NCBI GenBank assembly: GCA_028534125.1
Contig: CM052832.1
Location: 19,780,001-19,844,000, forward strand
Origin: Lama glama
Taxonomy: Eukaryota
Reading direction: 5' to 3'
Length of the DNA stretch: 64,000 bases
Every line of letters begins with the position of its first letter. The first letter of the stretch is position 1. The notes beneath the pieces were generated by a model. It did not search any database, was not told where the DNA came from, and saw only the letters and a program-made list of their open reading frames with translations. Of the stretch, positions 26,115 to 39,955 are shown in pieces. A program made the position numbers and the translations under genes.

Positions 26115-26235
26115 AGTACTCACAATTGACAGATAAAGAAATCAAGGCCCAGAGAGAATAAGTAACTTGCCGAAGTACAGATGGCAGTTAAGTTAAAACA
26201 GGGCTGGGGCTAGAAACTAGGTTTTCTGATTATGT
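26115..26235 (-). mobile_element. MIR fragment
   Basis: ttgacagataaagaaatcaaggcccagagagaataagtaacttgccgaag...gggctggggctagaaactaggttttctga. Confidence 0.8.
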
Positions 26236-27559
26236 GCAGACAATGAATGGTTTTCAGTAGGGACCATAGACAACCCTGGGAAGAGGTGGTGGATATGGGG
26301 AAAATGAGAGCCTGGAGGAAGGAGAATATGAAGTTTGAAAAAAAATCCATAGTTTTCCAATATTTTGATTTGCTTTCCATTGCATTCATAGTATTTTAAA
26401 AAAGGAGTCTGTGAGATTTTTATATTTTTCTAAAGAGGGTATGGGGGAAAATTAAGGAAAAACGTATTCAAAGTACTCTCCTCCACTGGTTCCATTGTCA
26501 TCACTCAGCTCATATCGTGTGCCAGGGTTGATGGTAAGCAATGCATTTTACTAAGACGGTGTTTATACTGAGATAACAAGTGTACTTCTTATTCCAATTT
26601 AGTTTTTTAATTATCAGCATAAAAATTACTTGCAAATTACAGCTGATGAAGACTTAAAATCCCCAAGAAGTTGCCTATTTCAAAAACTAGAGAGCTAACC
26701 AAACAAAAATAAACCATAAACATGAACTCTTCCTCCTCCTTCTCCCCTTACCCTAAGCCCCTCTGATTTTTTTCTGGTTTATTTTAAGCCCACACAGAAC
26801 AAAACGCTTGCTGTTCCTTAACAAGTGAGAATGACTTGCCCAGACATACAATAAAACATTTGTGACAAGCGAGCATGCACGCCCTGAATCCAGACCTTGC
26901 TCAGCACAAGGTACTCTGGCTGCCTGACTCAACAAAGAGCCTTCTGTCCATGCTCCTCGCCAAGGCTGAATGCCAATTGTCTTCAATCCGATTGCGCCTT
27001 GAAGCCCGTTTCCCTCGTGGTTGGATAGGAGTGCCACCCAGAATACTAGGATCCATTAGGCTGAGCTAAGGGACGGCATTGTATTAAATCAGGTTTCCTT
27101 TATCCTTCATTCTTTGAAATGTTTAACTTTCATTTGTAGTTTTATTCTTGATTAGCTTCTCTCCAGGTCCTTGAGGGTTTACGTTCCTGCTCCAGCCCTT
27201 TTACCTAAAAAGGCTGTTTTTTTTCCACCTAGTCAGTCCATGTTATCTTCAGAAAAGATGTCATTAGTCTGAGCCAGTCTTGATTCTGTTAGCTGTCCAT
27301 CCCAGAGCCACTTCACTGTATGGTGCAATAAGAAGTACACAGTCCATATGAAACAAGATGCCTGGGCATGATCAAATTGAAAAATGCTATGGAGAGGAGA
27401 ATGGGGAAAGTAAACTGACAAGGCATTATTGAGAGGCATTCTCTTAAAAATAGGGGCATTAAAGATAGGCTTTTGATAACCCCTGGATATGAAATTCTTC
27501 CCAAATCTAAAATTCTGCATGCATCATCCTCTACTCTTGTCACTCATTAAAAAAAAACT

Positions 27560-28015
27560 GCGTAACTTATTTCTAATTAGGAAAGCAATATGTTTATTGT
27601 AAAACAGTTTTTTTAAACTAAAAAAAAAGAAAATGAAAAATCCTACAATTTGGAGGGGTATAATTCAGATTTCTCTTTCTCTCACAAACATGCACAATAT
27701 AGTTTATTTGGGAAATGCCGTATTTTTCTTTAACAATGTATTATGAACATATTATTTATTACTATTTGTTTTTTTTAGAAACAAATATTACTTAATATCT
27801 GGCTGTAATTTTATATGTATGTATAATAATTTATTTAAACTATCTCCTATAATTGAGCTTTGTGGATGTCTAAATTTTTTGGATGTTCTAAATAACATTG
27901 CAATAGAAATCTTTGTAGCTACACCACAAGTTTTTCTAGCAAATTACTAGAAGTGGAATTTTTAAGTAAAAGATAATGTGCATCTCAAAATATTTTGATG
28001 TTTATTGTGATCTAG
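27560..28015 (-). mobile_element. Ancient L1ME-like fragments
   Basis: ttttcttaacaatgtattatgaacat...aataacattgcaatagaaatctttgta...aaattactagaagtggaatt. Confidence 0.6.
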
Positions 28016-28815
28016 GGAAATTATTTCCCCTCCCTATTGTTTTCCTTTTGAAAAGCACCCAACCTTATGTTCTTCATAAAGACTATATTGGATGAACAGA
28101 ACTATTTTTACATCTCATTAGTCCTAATGGAACTTCATCAACCTACCCTTAAACTATTCTGCACAAAGAGTACATATAAGAAAATGCTTTCATGCGCTTA
28201 TGCTGAAATCTATATTCATGTGGTCAACATGTATTTCTATCTCTGATTCCATTGTTCCATGATTATTAGTGCAATGCTGTAATCACAATGGTGTATCAAT
28301 ACCTTATCTGCTATGGAGTTCATTCTTCGGGGGATAAAGTATGGACCGCTAATGAAGGAAGTCTTGAGCACGTGATTTAATTTTAAAATTCTCCATGCTC
28401 TGCATGGAAATGTTTATTTTAAAAGAAGCTAGACATTGTTATCTCCACAGGAGAGTCATTCTGCTGGGAATAGGTTAAATTGCCTGATTATTTGTGAGAG
28501 AGGCCTTAAAATTATATTTTGTTAAGTTACTTAGCTTTAGGGGAGTTATGGTCATTCCTAAATGAGTTTTTCTTTTCTCAGAGATTTTTTTTTTTCTGCC
28601 AGACATTGTGTTTTGTCATACCATAATCATCATTGACTTCTTAATTGTGTTCTTGATTCTTTCTTAGCAAAATAGGGCAGCAAATTTGATTGGAATCATT
28701 TTAGCTAGGTTGTCTGTATGTTTATTGTCAATACAAGAGGCTTCTTCCTTTCCAATTTGCAGGCCAAGGACAAATAATTCAACCTCCTGAGATTGTCATC
28801 CACTGCCCTCCTCCT

Positions 28816-28855
28816 ACACACACGCACACACACATGCACACGCGCGCACACACAT
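28816..28855. repeat. (CA)n/(CG) microsatellite
   Basis: acacacacgcacacacacatgcacacgcgcgcacacac. Confidence 0.9.
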
Positions 28856-29979
28856 GATCATATGGCTTTATCAGGAATGCTCAGACAGTTTTCTATCTTT
28901 TTCTAGTTCAAATAGCTATTTATTTTTCAAGGCATAAAACAACAACTATGGGCAAATATCATTCTAGATTGGAAACAGATACCTTAACATAGTACTTCTC
29001 ATCTTTTACTCTTTGGCTAAATAAACCTGTGAAATAGAAAGGAAAGGTTTGAAGTTAGCTATGAGCTAAGTTTCTGTACCAGAAAGGTAAATGTTTTGAT
29101 CCAGCATCAAAGGTATCCAATCTTCAATACTCAACTGCTGCATTAAATAAACTCATTTATCAAATCTGTTAAACACTCGCACAGCCATTTGGTAGTTACC
29201 TTTGGATTGAGGCAATGAATATGGCAGAATATTGTAGAACTTCACAGTAGGTGGGATCAAAAACCAAACTTTTAACAGCATCATTAATAGCATGATTAAT
29301 TATTTTCTACATGTGAAGAGACATAACCATGAAAATAAAATCAGTCATTACCTCAAAAATCTCAGTTCTATACTAACACCAGAATAAAAACAGCATTTCC
29401 AGTCTTAATCTATGTGAGCAAGTTTGATTCCAGGCTGTTCCCCTTTGCTTTCTTTTCAAGGAGGGATGCTTCCCCCATCCCCCCATGGAGATATTCTTCT
29501 AGTTATAATCAAGCACTTTATTGCCCTGACTAGAGTGAGCTCTGATCCTTCTTGACTACTTCCCCTTACAGATTGGTAAATTTATACAAAAAATCACTTT
29601 GATTTATGTGACTTCTTCAGAAAGAAAAGCAGTATTTTGGTAACTTATTTGTAAATTTTAAATAATAGAAAGTGCTGTGCATCACTTGGAGTTCAACCAG
29701 GGAGGCAAAATGACTATAAGTGATGTGGTACATAGGCTTTATTTCTGATCTTACGTAACATGAGGAGCCTATGAAGAAGTGTATGAAAAGCTGTTGTCTC
29801 TGCATATGGTGGTGAGGCTGCAGTTGCAATAGGTCAATGGAGTCAGCAGTGGAAACTGAAACCTGTTTCTCACCCCATCAAGTCCCAACAACAAAGGTGA
29901 CTTTCAGAAAAGGCCAAACAAAGCATTTAGCCCATCTGCCTGATTTCGGGCTTGAGGTCTTAGAGGAGGTGATTAGGTG

Positions 29980-30007
29980 GGAGCTGCAGGAGCTGCAGGA
30001 GCTGCAG
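29980..30007. repeat. 9-bp tandem repeat (GGAGCTGCA)x3
   Basis: ggagctgca ggagctgca ggagctgca g. Confidence 0.9.
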
Positions 30008-32299
30008 ACCTGGACGCCGCCCCATGGCAAGTAGATGACCACACAGATTAGCAACTTTGTGTCTGACCTGCAGCAGCAGCTCTCTCCCCAACCCAACTGC
30101 AGAGCCTAATCTCCTCCTCCTCCTCCTGCCTGCATTCTGGATCACATGTGCGGTTCTCTTGTGGGCACCAGTACCCCTCAACCACCAGAGAGCAGAACTG
30201 TAGCAAATGCTGTTCCAGCCAAGTTCAGCTCACAATGTCCAAAACCAGCGCAAGCAATGATGGTGTTTTGAGACTCAATTTCCACCTTGCCTTAAACTCC
30301 GTATCTGAGAAGTCACCATACTGCTTGTAATTCACTCCAACTCATACTCTTTCTTATTATCATTTCTTTTTATTTTTCATGACTTCTCACTCAAATATCC
30401 TTCCCCATGTTTTTCCATCTGGTAAATTTCTAGTAACTCTATAAGAACAGCTCAGATATCCCCTACTATGGGAAGTTTTCTTTACTCCTAGAGGTAAGGC
30501 TATTATTGTTGTTTTTATTAAAATACCAAGCCCTTTGATTGTGACTAATGTTTATATTACTGTTTGTCCCAGTAGGAAAGAAGTTCTTTTTTGGCAGGAA
30601 CTGCAGCCTTCTCATCAGTATGTTCTCATTGTGCCAAATACATACATACATAAAAGTTAAATGTACTTGGCATACATTAAAGGTAATCTGTGTTTTTATG
30701 TATGTTGGAATGGAAGGAAGTTTCCATTATTACCATAAATTTTCCAAGAATCCTGCAAGACCATACTTAGAAGACAGTTCATTACCCTATCTTGATGAAG
30801 TATCTTCTAAGACATCAACTAACCAGAATAAATTAATCAGAAACCTCAACTACAGAGATATTTTGAGATAAGGAAGAAAATATGAAATGATGCCAGCAAT
30901 GTGGACTGGCCAGGAAGAGGCTGCTATAAGTTCACCTGTGTTCTGTGAACCCCCAGTAAGCTGGAGAGCCGCACTGATAGGTATGCTCTGGACCCAGATA
31001 ACATTTTTGTTTCATTTTAATAGTTCCAAAATGCAATTTGAAGCACAATTTTAATGTAACATGTCTGTAAACACTAATTATGCTTTTTAATAATGAAGAT
31101 GAAAAAGTGTTTTGACATAGGTCTTTCCATAAAATTATTATTTTACAAATCTACAAAGAGACTTGGTGTTTATATAGGACCATCAGTAATTTGTCAAAGA
31201 ATTAAAATTTTCAAAGTATTTGGTTAATTTTATGTCAAGGAACTAAAAGAGTTTAGAAATATTTTTGACAACAATAACTAACACTAGTTTTTATCGCTTT
31301 CACCCCTCTGTTAAAAATAGAGTTAAATGGGATAATCTTCCTGAACATTCTGATTGGTGAAAAATTTCTGTGCTGATTTTGTGCTGTGTTTCAAAGGGCA
31401 TCTGAAAATGTGTAGTTCAGAGTTCTGACAATGAGGGGTGTTTTTGGATGACTAATCTTTTTTTTTTTTTTCCTGTGTTCTTTGGCTTCACAAAAGTGCA
31501 GAGACAAATTGGTTACTCTATTTCAGTAAATAACTTAGCTCCAGTTCCTGGAACAACTATCTTTCTTCTTTTCCATATAACCTCCTATTTTCCTTTAGAT
31601 ATTTTATAAACTCATCTATATATATATATATATATATGCATTAACCCAAACCCTATGACATCTTCATATTTTTGGGTAACATATGGTCTAATAGTAAATT
31701 CACATGGTAAAGTATTGGTGATTTCATATAGTAAGCACATTGTAGGCCATCTTGATTCCTCCTGTGTATAGGTAGGCACACAACATAAGTTTGGAAAATA
31801 TGTAGTGACCATATTGACTTTATTTGTCACAAAATAATATTTGGCACATTGGGATAGAGAAGGACATGATGATTTTGTGGAAACAAGACAAATAATTAAC
31901 AACAACAAAAAACTTTGTGTTTACGGTAACAGGAAAAACACGCAGCTGATGTATCCTATTCAAAGAGTTCTTTGGCATTATTTACTCTGGAATAGAAAAG
32001 AGGAGGTGCAAGGTAATTCATTCTTAGATTTTTATTGAATGTAATAAAGGAAAATATTTTTTTCTTTTTTGTTTTAATTTCCTTTTGATGAAACTTACTG
32101 TTGTTCTTACCAAAATGCATTTTTCTTATCAAAAAGAAAACAACCTCACAATTTCTATGAAATGAAATGGTTGGGCTGCCGGGAAATAAGGAATAATAGC
32201 TCATTGGTATAAATACAAGCATAACAAATATCAATACCTTGCCTCACTAGTATTTTAAAAACATGGAAAGACCAACTTTATTTCTAGCGATAGAAGTAA

Positions 32300-33075
32300 A
32301 ATATGTGTTTAGAAAGATGAAATTGGGCTTAACAAGGTTAAATTACCTACAGGTTTAGCAAAACATTGATTATTTCTCGGGGGTGGGTAACATCTATAAA
32401 TAAGAATTTAATTAAGAACAAGTATCCAATTTACGATTAAAATAGAACACTGTGGACAACACATGACTCCTGCCATGTGAATGACAATATAAGAAGGGAA
32501 ATATAGGGAAATAGCATATATTCCATGGGAATATGTGGAATATTAGATGATACAGCATCGCAGAGGTATTTGTCTGTCTGCATAAGTTAATGAACTGATT
32601 GAATGTAATTCTAATAAGAATGCCACTCTTGTTTTTTGGAGACAGAAAAGTTAATTTTAAAATTTACTTGGGAAAGCAAATATACAAGAATAGCTTTTTA
32701 AAGGAAACCTTTAAAAAGAAGAGCTAATGGTAGGGGGCATCTAGATCTACCAGAAATTAAAACATGTTATAAAGCCTCTATACTTAAAACAGTTTGGCAT
32801 TGATGTAGGAATAGACAGAGAAACCACTGGATCAGGATAGAAAATTTAGAATTAGACCCATCTGTGTATGAACTGTAGTATTTTGATTTCTAAGTTATAG
32901 TCTACAATAAAGGAAGCAAAAGAACCAGTGCTCCTTGAAGAAAGGGCTTATTCTAGGGTTGGGGCAGGAATGGGACAACATAAACATAGAATAATTAGTA
33001 TGGCAGAAAGTTCTTTAAACTGTTCTATTAACTTTGGTATATGTTTAAAATTTTCAAAAATAAAGCATTCTTTAA
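32300..33075 (+). mobile_element. Degraded L1M ORF2/3' fragments
   Basis: ctagatctaccagaaattaaaacatgttataaagcctct...acagtttggcattgatgtaggaatagacag; L1MC-like 3' motif around 32925-32970. Confidence 0.7.
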
Positions 33076-33390
33076 AAATATGGTCTCAGAAAAATGTTTA
33101 AATGGACAGTTTATTTGGTTTAGCTTTAAAATTATAACCAATTAATATTTTTAAATATAACATTTCACATGAAGACTTTCCCTTTGGTGAGAAAAATTTT
33201 TGAGAGAAAGAACAATTGATTAGCTGTACTTCAAAAATCAGATCCTTTTGATACCTTATATACAGTAGTTGGTTAAGTTGCAAATTCTAAAGAATTTTCT
33301 TCAGGATGGAAGAATACATGTATCTATAAGTAATTATAGAGCTTGGTAGTATATTTATTATTATTTTTTATAACTTGATTTATAAATATA

Positions 33391-33516
33391 CTTTATTTGG
33401 GGGGAGGTAATTAGGTTTATTTGTTTATGTATTTATTTTAACGGAGGTACTGGGGATTGAACCCATGACCTCGTGCATGCTAAGCACACACTCTACCACT
33501 AAGCTATACCCTCTGC
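33391..33516 (-). mobile_element. tRNA-derived SINE (camelid Vic-1-like)
   Basis: Reverse complement of the 10020 SINE family (ggggggaggtaattaggttt...gggattgaaccc...ctctaccactaagctatacc); TSD tataaatat at 33381-33389 and 33517-33525. Confidence 0.92.
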
Positions 33517-35239
33517 TATAAATATGTTTTAAATAAAATGGTTTTGATTTCGACATAGGACTACATTGGTAGAAGAGAACAGAAACTAGAAGATTTAACT
33601 GTTAAAATGATGCTCTTTGTAGAATAAAATGCCAACAATACAGTATTAGTAGAACATGTATTGTGAGTTGATTTTTTAAGTATCAGAGGTGATTTGAGCT
33701 GCATCATTTAGCTAGGAAATACTGGGGAGAATATTTGTTAGGATTTTCAGTGGAGATCTAATAAGTAGTGGAAAGATCCATTGATCTCTTAAAGAATCAC
33801 AGTCCAAATGCTCTGACATTTTAAAAAATCTTCTGGTTTTATTACCATAAGTGTGGGGAAAAAATCTAATATGTCAAGAAATACAGAAGCCATTTTTGCA
33901 TCTTACATTTATAGATAATGATTCAAATGGACTTGCTGTTATCAGACTAATTAGGCAAAAGAGTGGTAGATGTTAAATACTTGCTTATTCATAGAACTCC
34001 TTAAACAATAATAGATGAAGCGAATTGACCAAAAAGTACAAAAAGAGACATTCACAAAGATTTCAGGGAAAAAAAAGCCTATGCTATTCTTTACTTTAAA
34101 AGGAAATTTTACAAATTGGAGCTTAATTGTCTTTTGTGGTGACTTTAGTTAAAACGGCATCTTTCAGACATTGATGATTACGTATCATAGGGTTGTTGAA
34201 ATACCCTGCAATAAAAAAATTTCAGTAATAGAGAAGATGTAATGATGCATTTTCTGAAACGTTCATGTTCGTACTCCTACATTTTGCCTATTAGCTCTGC
34301 CACTGCCCTGTCACTGCTAGCTTGCAATTTGAAGATTGAGTAATCATCCCAGGCTAAATAGCAGAATGACAGCTGGATGTGGTTGATATGCAAAGAATCC
34401 CTGAACTAAATTTTACCTTTGCACATTCCCTTAAGTAATTGGTTGCCTCCCCATAATGGTACAATTCTGTTATTTTCTTTGCTCCAAGTCTGATCTGAAT
34501 CTCAATCCCCTTGAAATAAAACAGCAAGGCAATCCCTAAGCAAACAGTCCATGTTACACAGCTCAGAATTCCTCTAAATATGCTATGTCAGTTAAAAGCT
34601 GCTCTTTTAAATTGTGGTTCCTTTTTAAATGACATTTCTCAGGTAAGATCCCAGGGTGGGGGAAAAAAAAAAGCCATACAAGGTGACTTCTAAGGTCCTT
34701 TTTTTTTTTTTTTAAACTCCAAAAGTATTTTTCATTAAGAAACCCAAGGTATCAGGAAGTCTGGTAGTTTTGATATTTCTTTTTTGTACAGTTGGAGAAC
34801 TTATACCACTTAATCATAGTCTTACACCTGGGAAGTAAAAGATCCTGCATTTGTGTCTGCTTTTTAAGATGCAAATTTATCCTTCAGATGATAAGGAATT
34901 CTACCCCAAGAGTCTCAGTCCTAGTTCTAAAGAACACCTGAAGGGATGGAGTTGTAAATTGAGTTTGTGGAAATGTGGAAGCAAAATGAAACAATAGTGA
35001 ATAAAGGAAAATGAATAAGAAATAAGAGAATCATATGAAAGTGATGGAGAGAGTAAAGAGGAAAAGGGATACAGTCCTCAAACACAATACAGGCCAGTAC
35101 ATCTTGAGGATGTGGGTAAATATTACATGGAATAATTTCCTGGCTCTGAGCCTTCAGGGCCTATCTTGCAAATATAACCTGAAAATCTTTGAGAATGTTA
35201 GGTGTTATCTCAGGTGATTATTGCCCCATAGTCTTATGT

Positions 35240-35350
35240 CCTGGTTGCCTGGGGCAGCCTATGTTTATGTATGCTGTCCCGACATAACTTTGAATTACAC
35301 ACTCAGTCACTCTTAAAAATGTCTTCATAATGAATCATATGATTAGTCTG
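35240..35350. mobile_element. MER94-like hAT MITE
   Basis: tgtcctggttgcctggggcagcctatgtttatgtatgctgtcccgacataa...tcactcttaaaaatgtc follows the MER94 consensus as I recall it. Confidence 0.65.
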
Positions 35351-35779
35351 TGCACACTTCATTGTTTTTGCATTGTTCAGTGTGTCTGTATGTGTGTGTA
35401 AGGAGGCAACAAGTGGAATATTTTTAACAAGTCCTTGCAAATATTGTTTTATTACTTGATGGACTTCTCATGTTTTTGTTACTCCTATGTAGGAATGGCC
35501 CAGGTAGGAAAAGGGCTTGAACTTGTAAAGCCAGAGTAACTTTGTCTCTGCTTTGCTCTTTTGCCACCTACCCTGACTCTGGAGCTGATCTTGTATCTTG
35601 TGCTTTCATAAATGGGCAACCATCAGTGCATTTGGATCTACTCTGAATTTGCCCCAATATAGATACACGTTATCCTTCTTCTTCACAAGTGTTTTAAGTT
35701 AATTTAATAAATATTTATTTAATGCATTATGTTGCAGGTGCAATGCTGAAGTCTTGATAGGATAGTTCTTTTTAAAGAA

Positions 35780-36272
35780 ACAATACAAATAAAACAAATT
35801 CAAGCAAGTTGCATACACAATAGGTGGTGGTAAACCAGGATGGTAATAAAATAGGTCCTTTGCTTCCTATTGAACTGCTGGAGGAGGTAGTCAGGAGGAT
35901 GTGACCACCAGCTGACCTGTGAGCTGGGCCTGGCCAACCAGAGGCTCCTCACCCCTTCCCCTCTCCTTGGAATGAACATTCTGCCCACCATTCCCACAGT
36001 GGGAACTGTTCAAGGACGTAGCCTTGAGAGAGTAAAATGCTGTTGCCCAGTTAAGGCCTCTGTGTAAACTTAAAGATTCTGGCAGGTGGGTGTAGAGATC
36101 TACTTGTCTTGCAGCTGCCTGATACTAACCTCCTACGTAAGTTCCCTTGCTTATTAAACCTGCCACCTAGCATTCCAGAGTGGTCTGTCTCCTTCTTCAG
36201 TCTCTCCCTGCCTTCCATAGAGGGGACAGTTTCAGATTCCACCTGGGAAGCTACCAAGTTTACAAACCAACA
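35780..36272 (+). mobile_element. ERV1-like solo LTR
   Basis: LTR-like composition, ATTAAA polyA signal (about 36153), U5-like gtggtctgtctccttcttcagtctctccctgcc, ending ...aaccaACA; 5' boundary uncertain. Confidence 0.65.
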
Positions 36273-36299
36273 AAAGTCTCAGAACACTGAATACAGGAA

Positions 36300-39200
36300 G
36301 TACGTAGGTCATGCTCAGGCCGCAGGGTCAGTGGTTAGAACAATCAGGGCTTATTGAGAATGGAAGAGCTGTATTAGAACTAGTGTATCTAAGAGAAGCA
36401 ACAGCAGAGGGTATGAAGGCAGATGCAGAAGTGGAGTTTACAAATCAGGACTTGGAGATGCCACCACTGAGGATTCAAAGAATGCAGAGGTTGTGATTCC
36501 TACCACATCTCCATTGAACCTCACCTATTTGTCTTGAGCAGAATCTTAGAGAATTACAGTAGGTTGTTTTATACTTAATCAAGCTATGACTCCAATTCCA
36601 ACTGTTGTCCCATATGCGGTTTCTTTACTGAAGCAAAGGAACACACCTTCTGATATCTGGTAGCCAATTATTGATTTACTGGATTTTTTTATGTCAGTAA
36701 AAGACCACAAAAAGCACATTGCTTTTAGTTTACAGAAACAGAAATACTTTCACTGTTTTGTCTTAGAGATACGCCAATACTCCACCCCTCTGTTATAATC
36801 TCACGCATAAGTGCATTGATCACCTCTCCATTCAACAAGACTTCATATTAGATCCTCCACTGATAACAGGTTGACGGGAATCAAAGTCAGGAAGTAGCAA
36901 CTATCTTGTCTGGAAAGAAAGAAGCATGTGTGCCAGAGGCTGAGAAAAAAAATCCCACTGAAATTCAAGGGTCTGGCAGCTTGGTAAAATATCTGGGACA
37001 TGTTTCAATATCCTTTCCAAGATGAAAGGAAAGTTACTGCATGTATCTGTTCTAATTGCTAAGAAAATGATGTGATGCCTGTGAGCCTCTTTGGAGCCTG
37101 AAAGCCACATATCACCATTTGGGGGAGAATATGAGAGAATGCCAATTTTGAGTGTGACAAAGCAAGAAAGGGCTTCTTCATGGATTCGACTTGCTATGTA
37201 AGCAGCTCTGTCTCTTGGGCTGTGTGACCCAGCCAACTCAGTGGTTCTTGAAGTGTCTATAAAAGATAGGTATGCTGGATGAAAGGCCCCTGTAGCTGAA
37301 TCACTGTACAGGCTTAAAATTTCAGAACAAAACCATGTCATCTTCCACAGATGACTATTCTCCTTTTGAGAAATAGCTTGTGGCTCATCACTGGAACATA
37401 AAAGAAAATGAGCACCTTTCAGTAGGCCCCAAGTTTTCTTACGACCTAGATCCACAACAAAGTGGTACCGTGTGACCCACCAAACGATAGATTTGCGTGT
37501 GCACAGCAGTGCCCTACGATCAAGTAGACAGACTGGACTTGAACAGTCGCTAAGGCCCCGAAGTGGTTCAGAGTCTTGTGGTTCCTACTCTTGCTACTTT
37601 GCCTCATGCCTCTCAGCAGTCACCTGTGGCCTCACGGATAGTTCCCTTGGATGAACTGACTGAGGAAGAAAACGTTGAGTCCTGATTTACACATGATACC
37701 ACATGATCTGCTGAATCTGTCCCAAGTAGGTGTTTAAAGCAATACAGCCATATACTAGGGAGGTCCTGAAAGACAGTAAAGAAGGTCAGTTCTTCCAGTG
37801 GACAAAATTTCTAGCATTTCACATGGTTTCTCACTTCACTTGTAAGGGGAGGTGTCCAGACGTGCACATCCACATTAGCTCATGGGCACTAGTTAACAAT
37901 TTGGCCAAAGGGTAAAAAAATTCGGATGGGAATGTGATTGGAAAATGAGTGACAAGAGGTCTAGGGAAGAAGTATATGACTAAATCTCTTCAAATGTATA
38001 TAGATTGTGAAGATATTCGTACCCTTGTAATTGCTCTTAAAGACAAACATCAACAGATGTTTGAACATCCTGGACAAGGCAACTCATTCTGTGAATGTCA
38101 GTTAGCATCCTTCTTCAGTTACCCCTGTATTTGTACAATGAGCTTGTGAAAAAAATGGCCATGGAAGCAGGGATGAACACTGTATCAACTTAGCAACATA
38201 ACCATCTATTTAACTATGCTGCTCTGGCTACAGGCACTGGTGAGTTCCCCAAATGCCAACAGCAAAGATCAGCCCTGAGCCCCCAATATGGCACACAGAG
38301 TGTAAGCCAGCCATCTGTTTGCAGGTTGGTTGTGTTGGATGATTTCTATCATGCAAAGAGCAGCATTTGTTCTCACTAGAATAGATTTTTACTGTGGATA
38401 TGGATTTGCCTCTCCTGTTCAAAACACTGCTTCTAAAGAAACTGTCTGTGGACTTAGAAAATACCATATTTGCTGTCATGATATTCCACATAGCTTGATT
38501 CTGACCAGCCACAAGACTCAAGGGCTGCAGTGGGTTTATGCTGATGGAAAGCGTCAGTTTTTCCATGTCTTCCATCACCTGGATCAGCTGAATAGTCAGA
38601 ATTATGAAATAGCCTTTTAAAGACTAGGTTACAGTGCCAGCTGTTTTGGTTAATGTCCTCAAGGCTGCAGTGCGTGTTCTGAATCAGCAACCTATTTACG
38701 GTGCCTTTTCTCCCATAGCCAGCCAGTAGGGCCTGGTCTGGGAATCAAGAAATGGAATGTGAATGACTCTTCTCACTGTTACCGATAATCGACCACTAGA
38801 AAAATTTCTGCCCCCTGTTCCCACAATTTGGGGCCGTGCTGATTTAAAGATCTTGGTTTTCAAGGAAGAAATGCTTTCACCAGAGGGCACATACTGTTCC
38901 CATTAGGCTGGAAGCTAAGTCTGCCACCTGGCTATTTTGGACTCCTCATACCACTGAACTATGAGGCACGAGGCTGGGACGATTGATCTTGTTATGGGGA
39001 AATTCAGTTGCTACTACACAGTAGACATGGGAAGCAATATGTTTGCAAGAGAGGACTAATTTTGGCACACCTCTGGTTACTACTATGTTTTGTGATGAAA
39101 GTTAAGCATAAACTATAATCCACTGCAGGCTGTAGTGCAAATGGCCGGATACGTTAGCAATGAAAGTTTAGATCATACCACCTAGGAAAGAAAGCACGGC

Positions 39201-39556
39201 CAGCTAAGTTGTTTTCTGAGGCCAAAGAAAATAAGGAATGGGTGTTGGAAGAAGAGCATCTTAAATACTAAATCCAACCACATGATGAATTGCAGAAATG
39301 ATGACGATGTTAGCAATTAACGTATTTCTTAATATTTAACTTACAAGATATCAAAACTAGTGTGTGAGCCAGCTAGAAGAGAAATGAATACATATATGGA
39401 TAAATCAACTTTGTCTATCCTTTCATATAGAAGGTAGATGTGTTTTGGTTCTAATAGGAATGACATCATGTTAGATGCATTTTGCTATTCTCTATTTGTA
39501 AGTCAAATATAATAAAAAGAGGTGTGCATGAGTGTCATACTGACAGGGAATGGACT
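36300..39556 (+). mobile_element. Decayed ERVL internal region (pol: RT, RNase H, integrase, dUTPase)
   Basis: 36480-36800 follows ERVL RT (VIPTTSP.N...LNQ...VP..VSLL.Q.NT...FTVL); 38330-38620 FVLTRIDFYCGYGFASP is integrase-like; about 38870-38960 (WKLSLPPGYFGLLIPL) is dUTPase-like; PPT-like tgacagggaatggac at 39541; all frames broken. Confidence 0.9.
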
Positions 39557-39559
39557 CAG

Positions 39560-39955
39560 CCAGATGGTGGTGGTATGCCAGTGTGGTTAAGCTGTGAACT
39601 TTATTTTCTGGAGTCCTTCTTCCTGCCTGGCTCTATATTAGAAGTAAAAAGGGAATATTACTCCAGGTGTGGAAGGAGCTAGCACTCAAGCAAGGTTATT
39701 TCATTGAGATACTGTGGTGAGCAGATAGGCGGTAGCCAGCAGATCCCAGTTTGTCTTCCATCTCCTCTGCCTCACATCTGGATCATCTTCCCGTCTGCAG
39801 GTTCTACTGTGTAAGAGCAGCCCTAGGCCCAGCCCCAGATACCTGCGCAGATCCATGCATAGGCCACTCCATGAATCCCCTTTCATGATTCCATCTGGTG
39901 ACTAGATAATGCTTCATTCCCTGGCTTTCCCTGCATATGCCATCTTGCTTCACAG
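39560..39955 (+). mobile_element. ERVL 3' LTR (LTR33-like)
   Basis: ggttaagctgtgaactttattttctggagtccttcttcctgc...cccagtttgtcttccatctcctctgcctcacatc...gcagccctaggccc follows LTR33 as I recall it; lies directly after the PPT. Confidence 0.75.

Noticed and set aside
36901..37455. 184-aa minus-strand ORF
   Set aside because: Antisense to decayed ERVL pol with no recognisable domain; likely a chance open frame.
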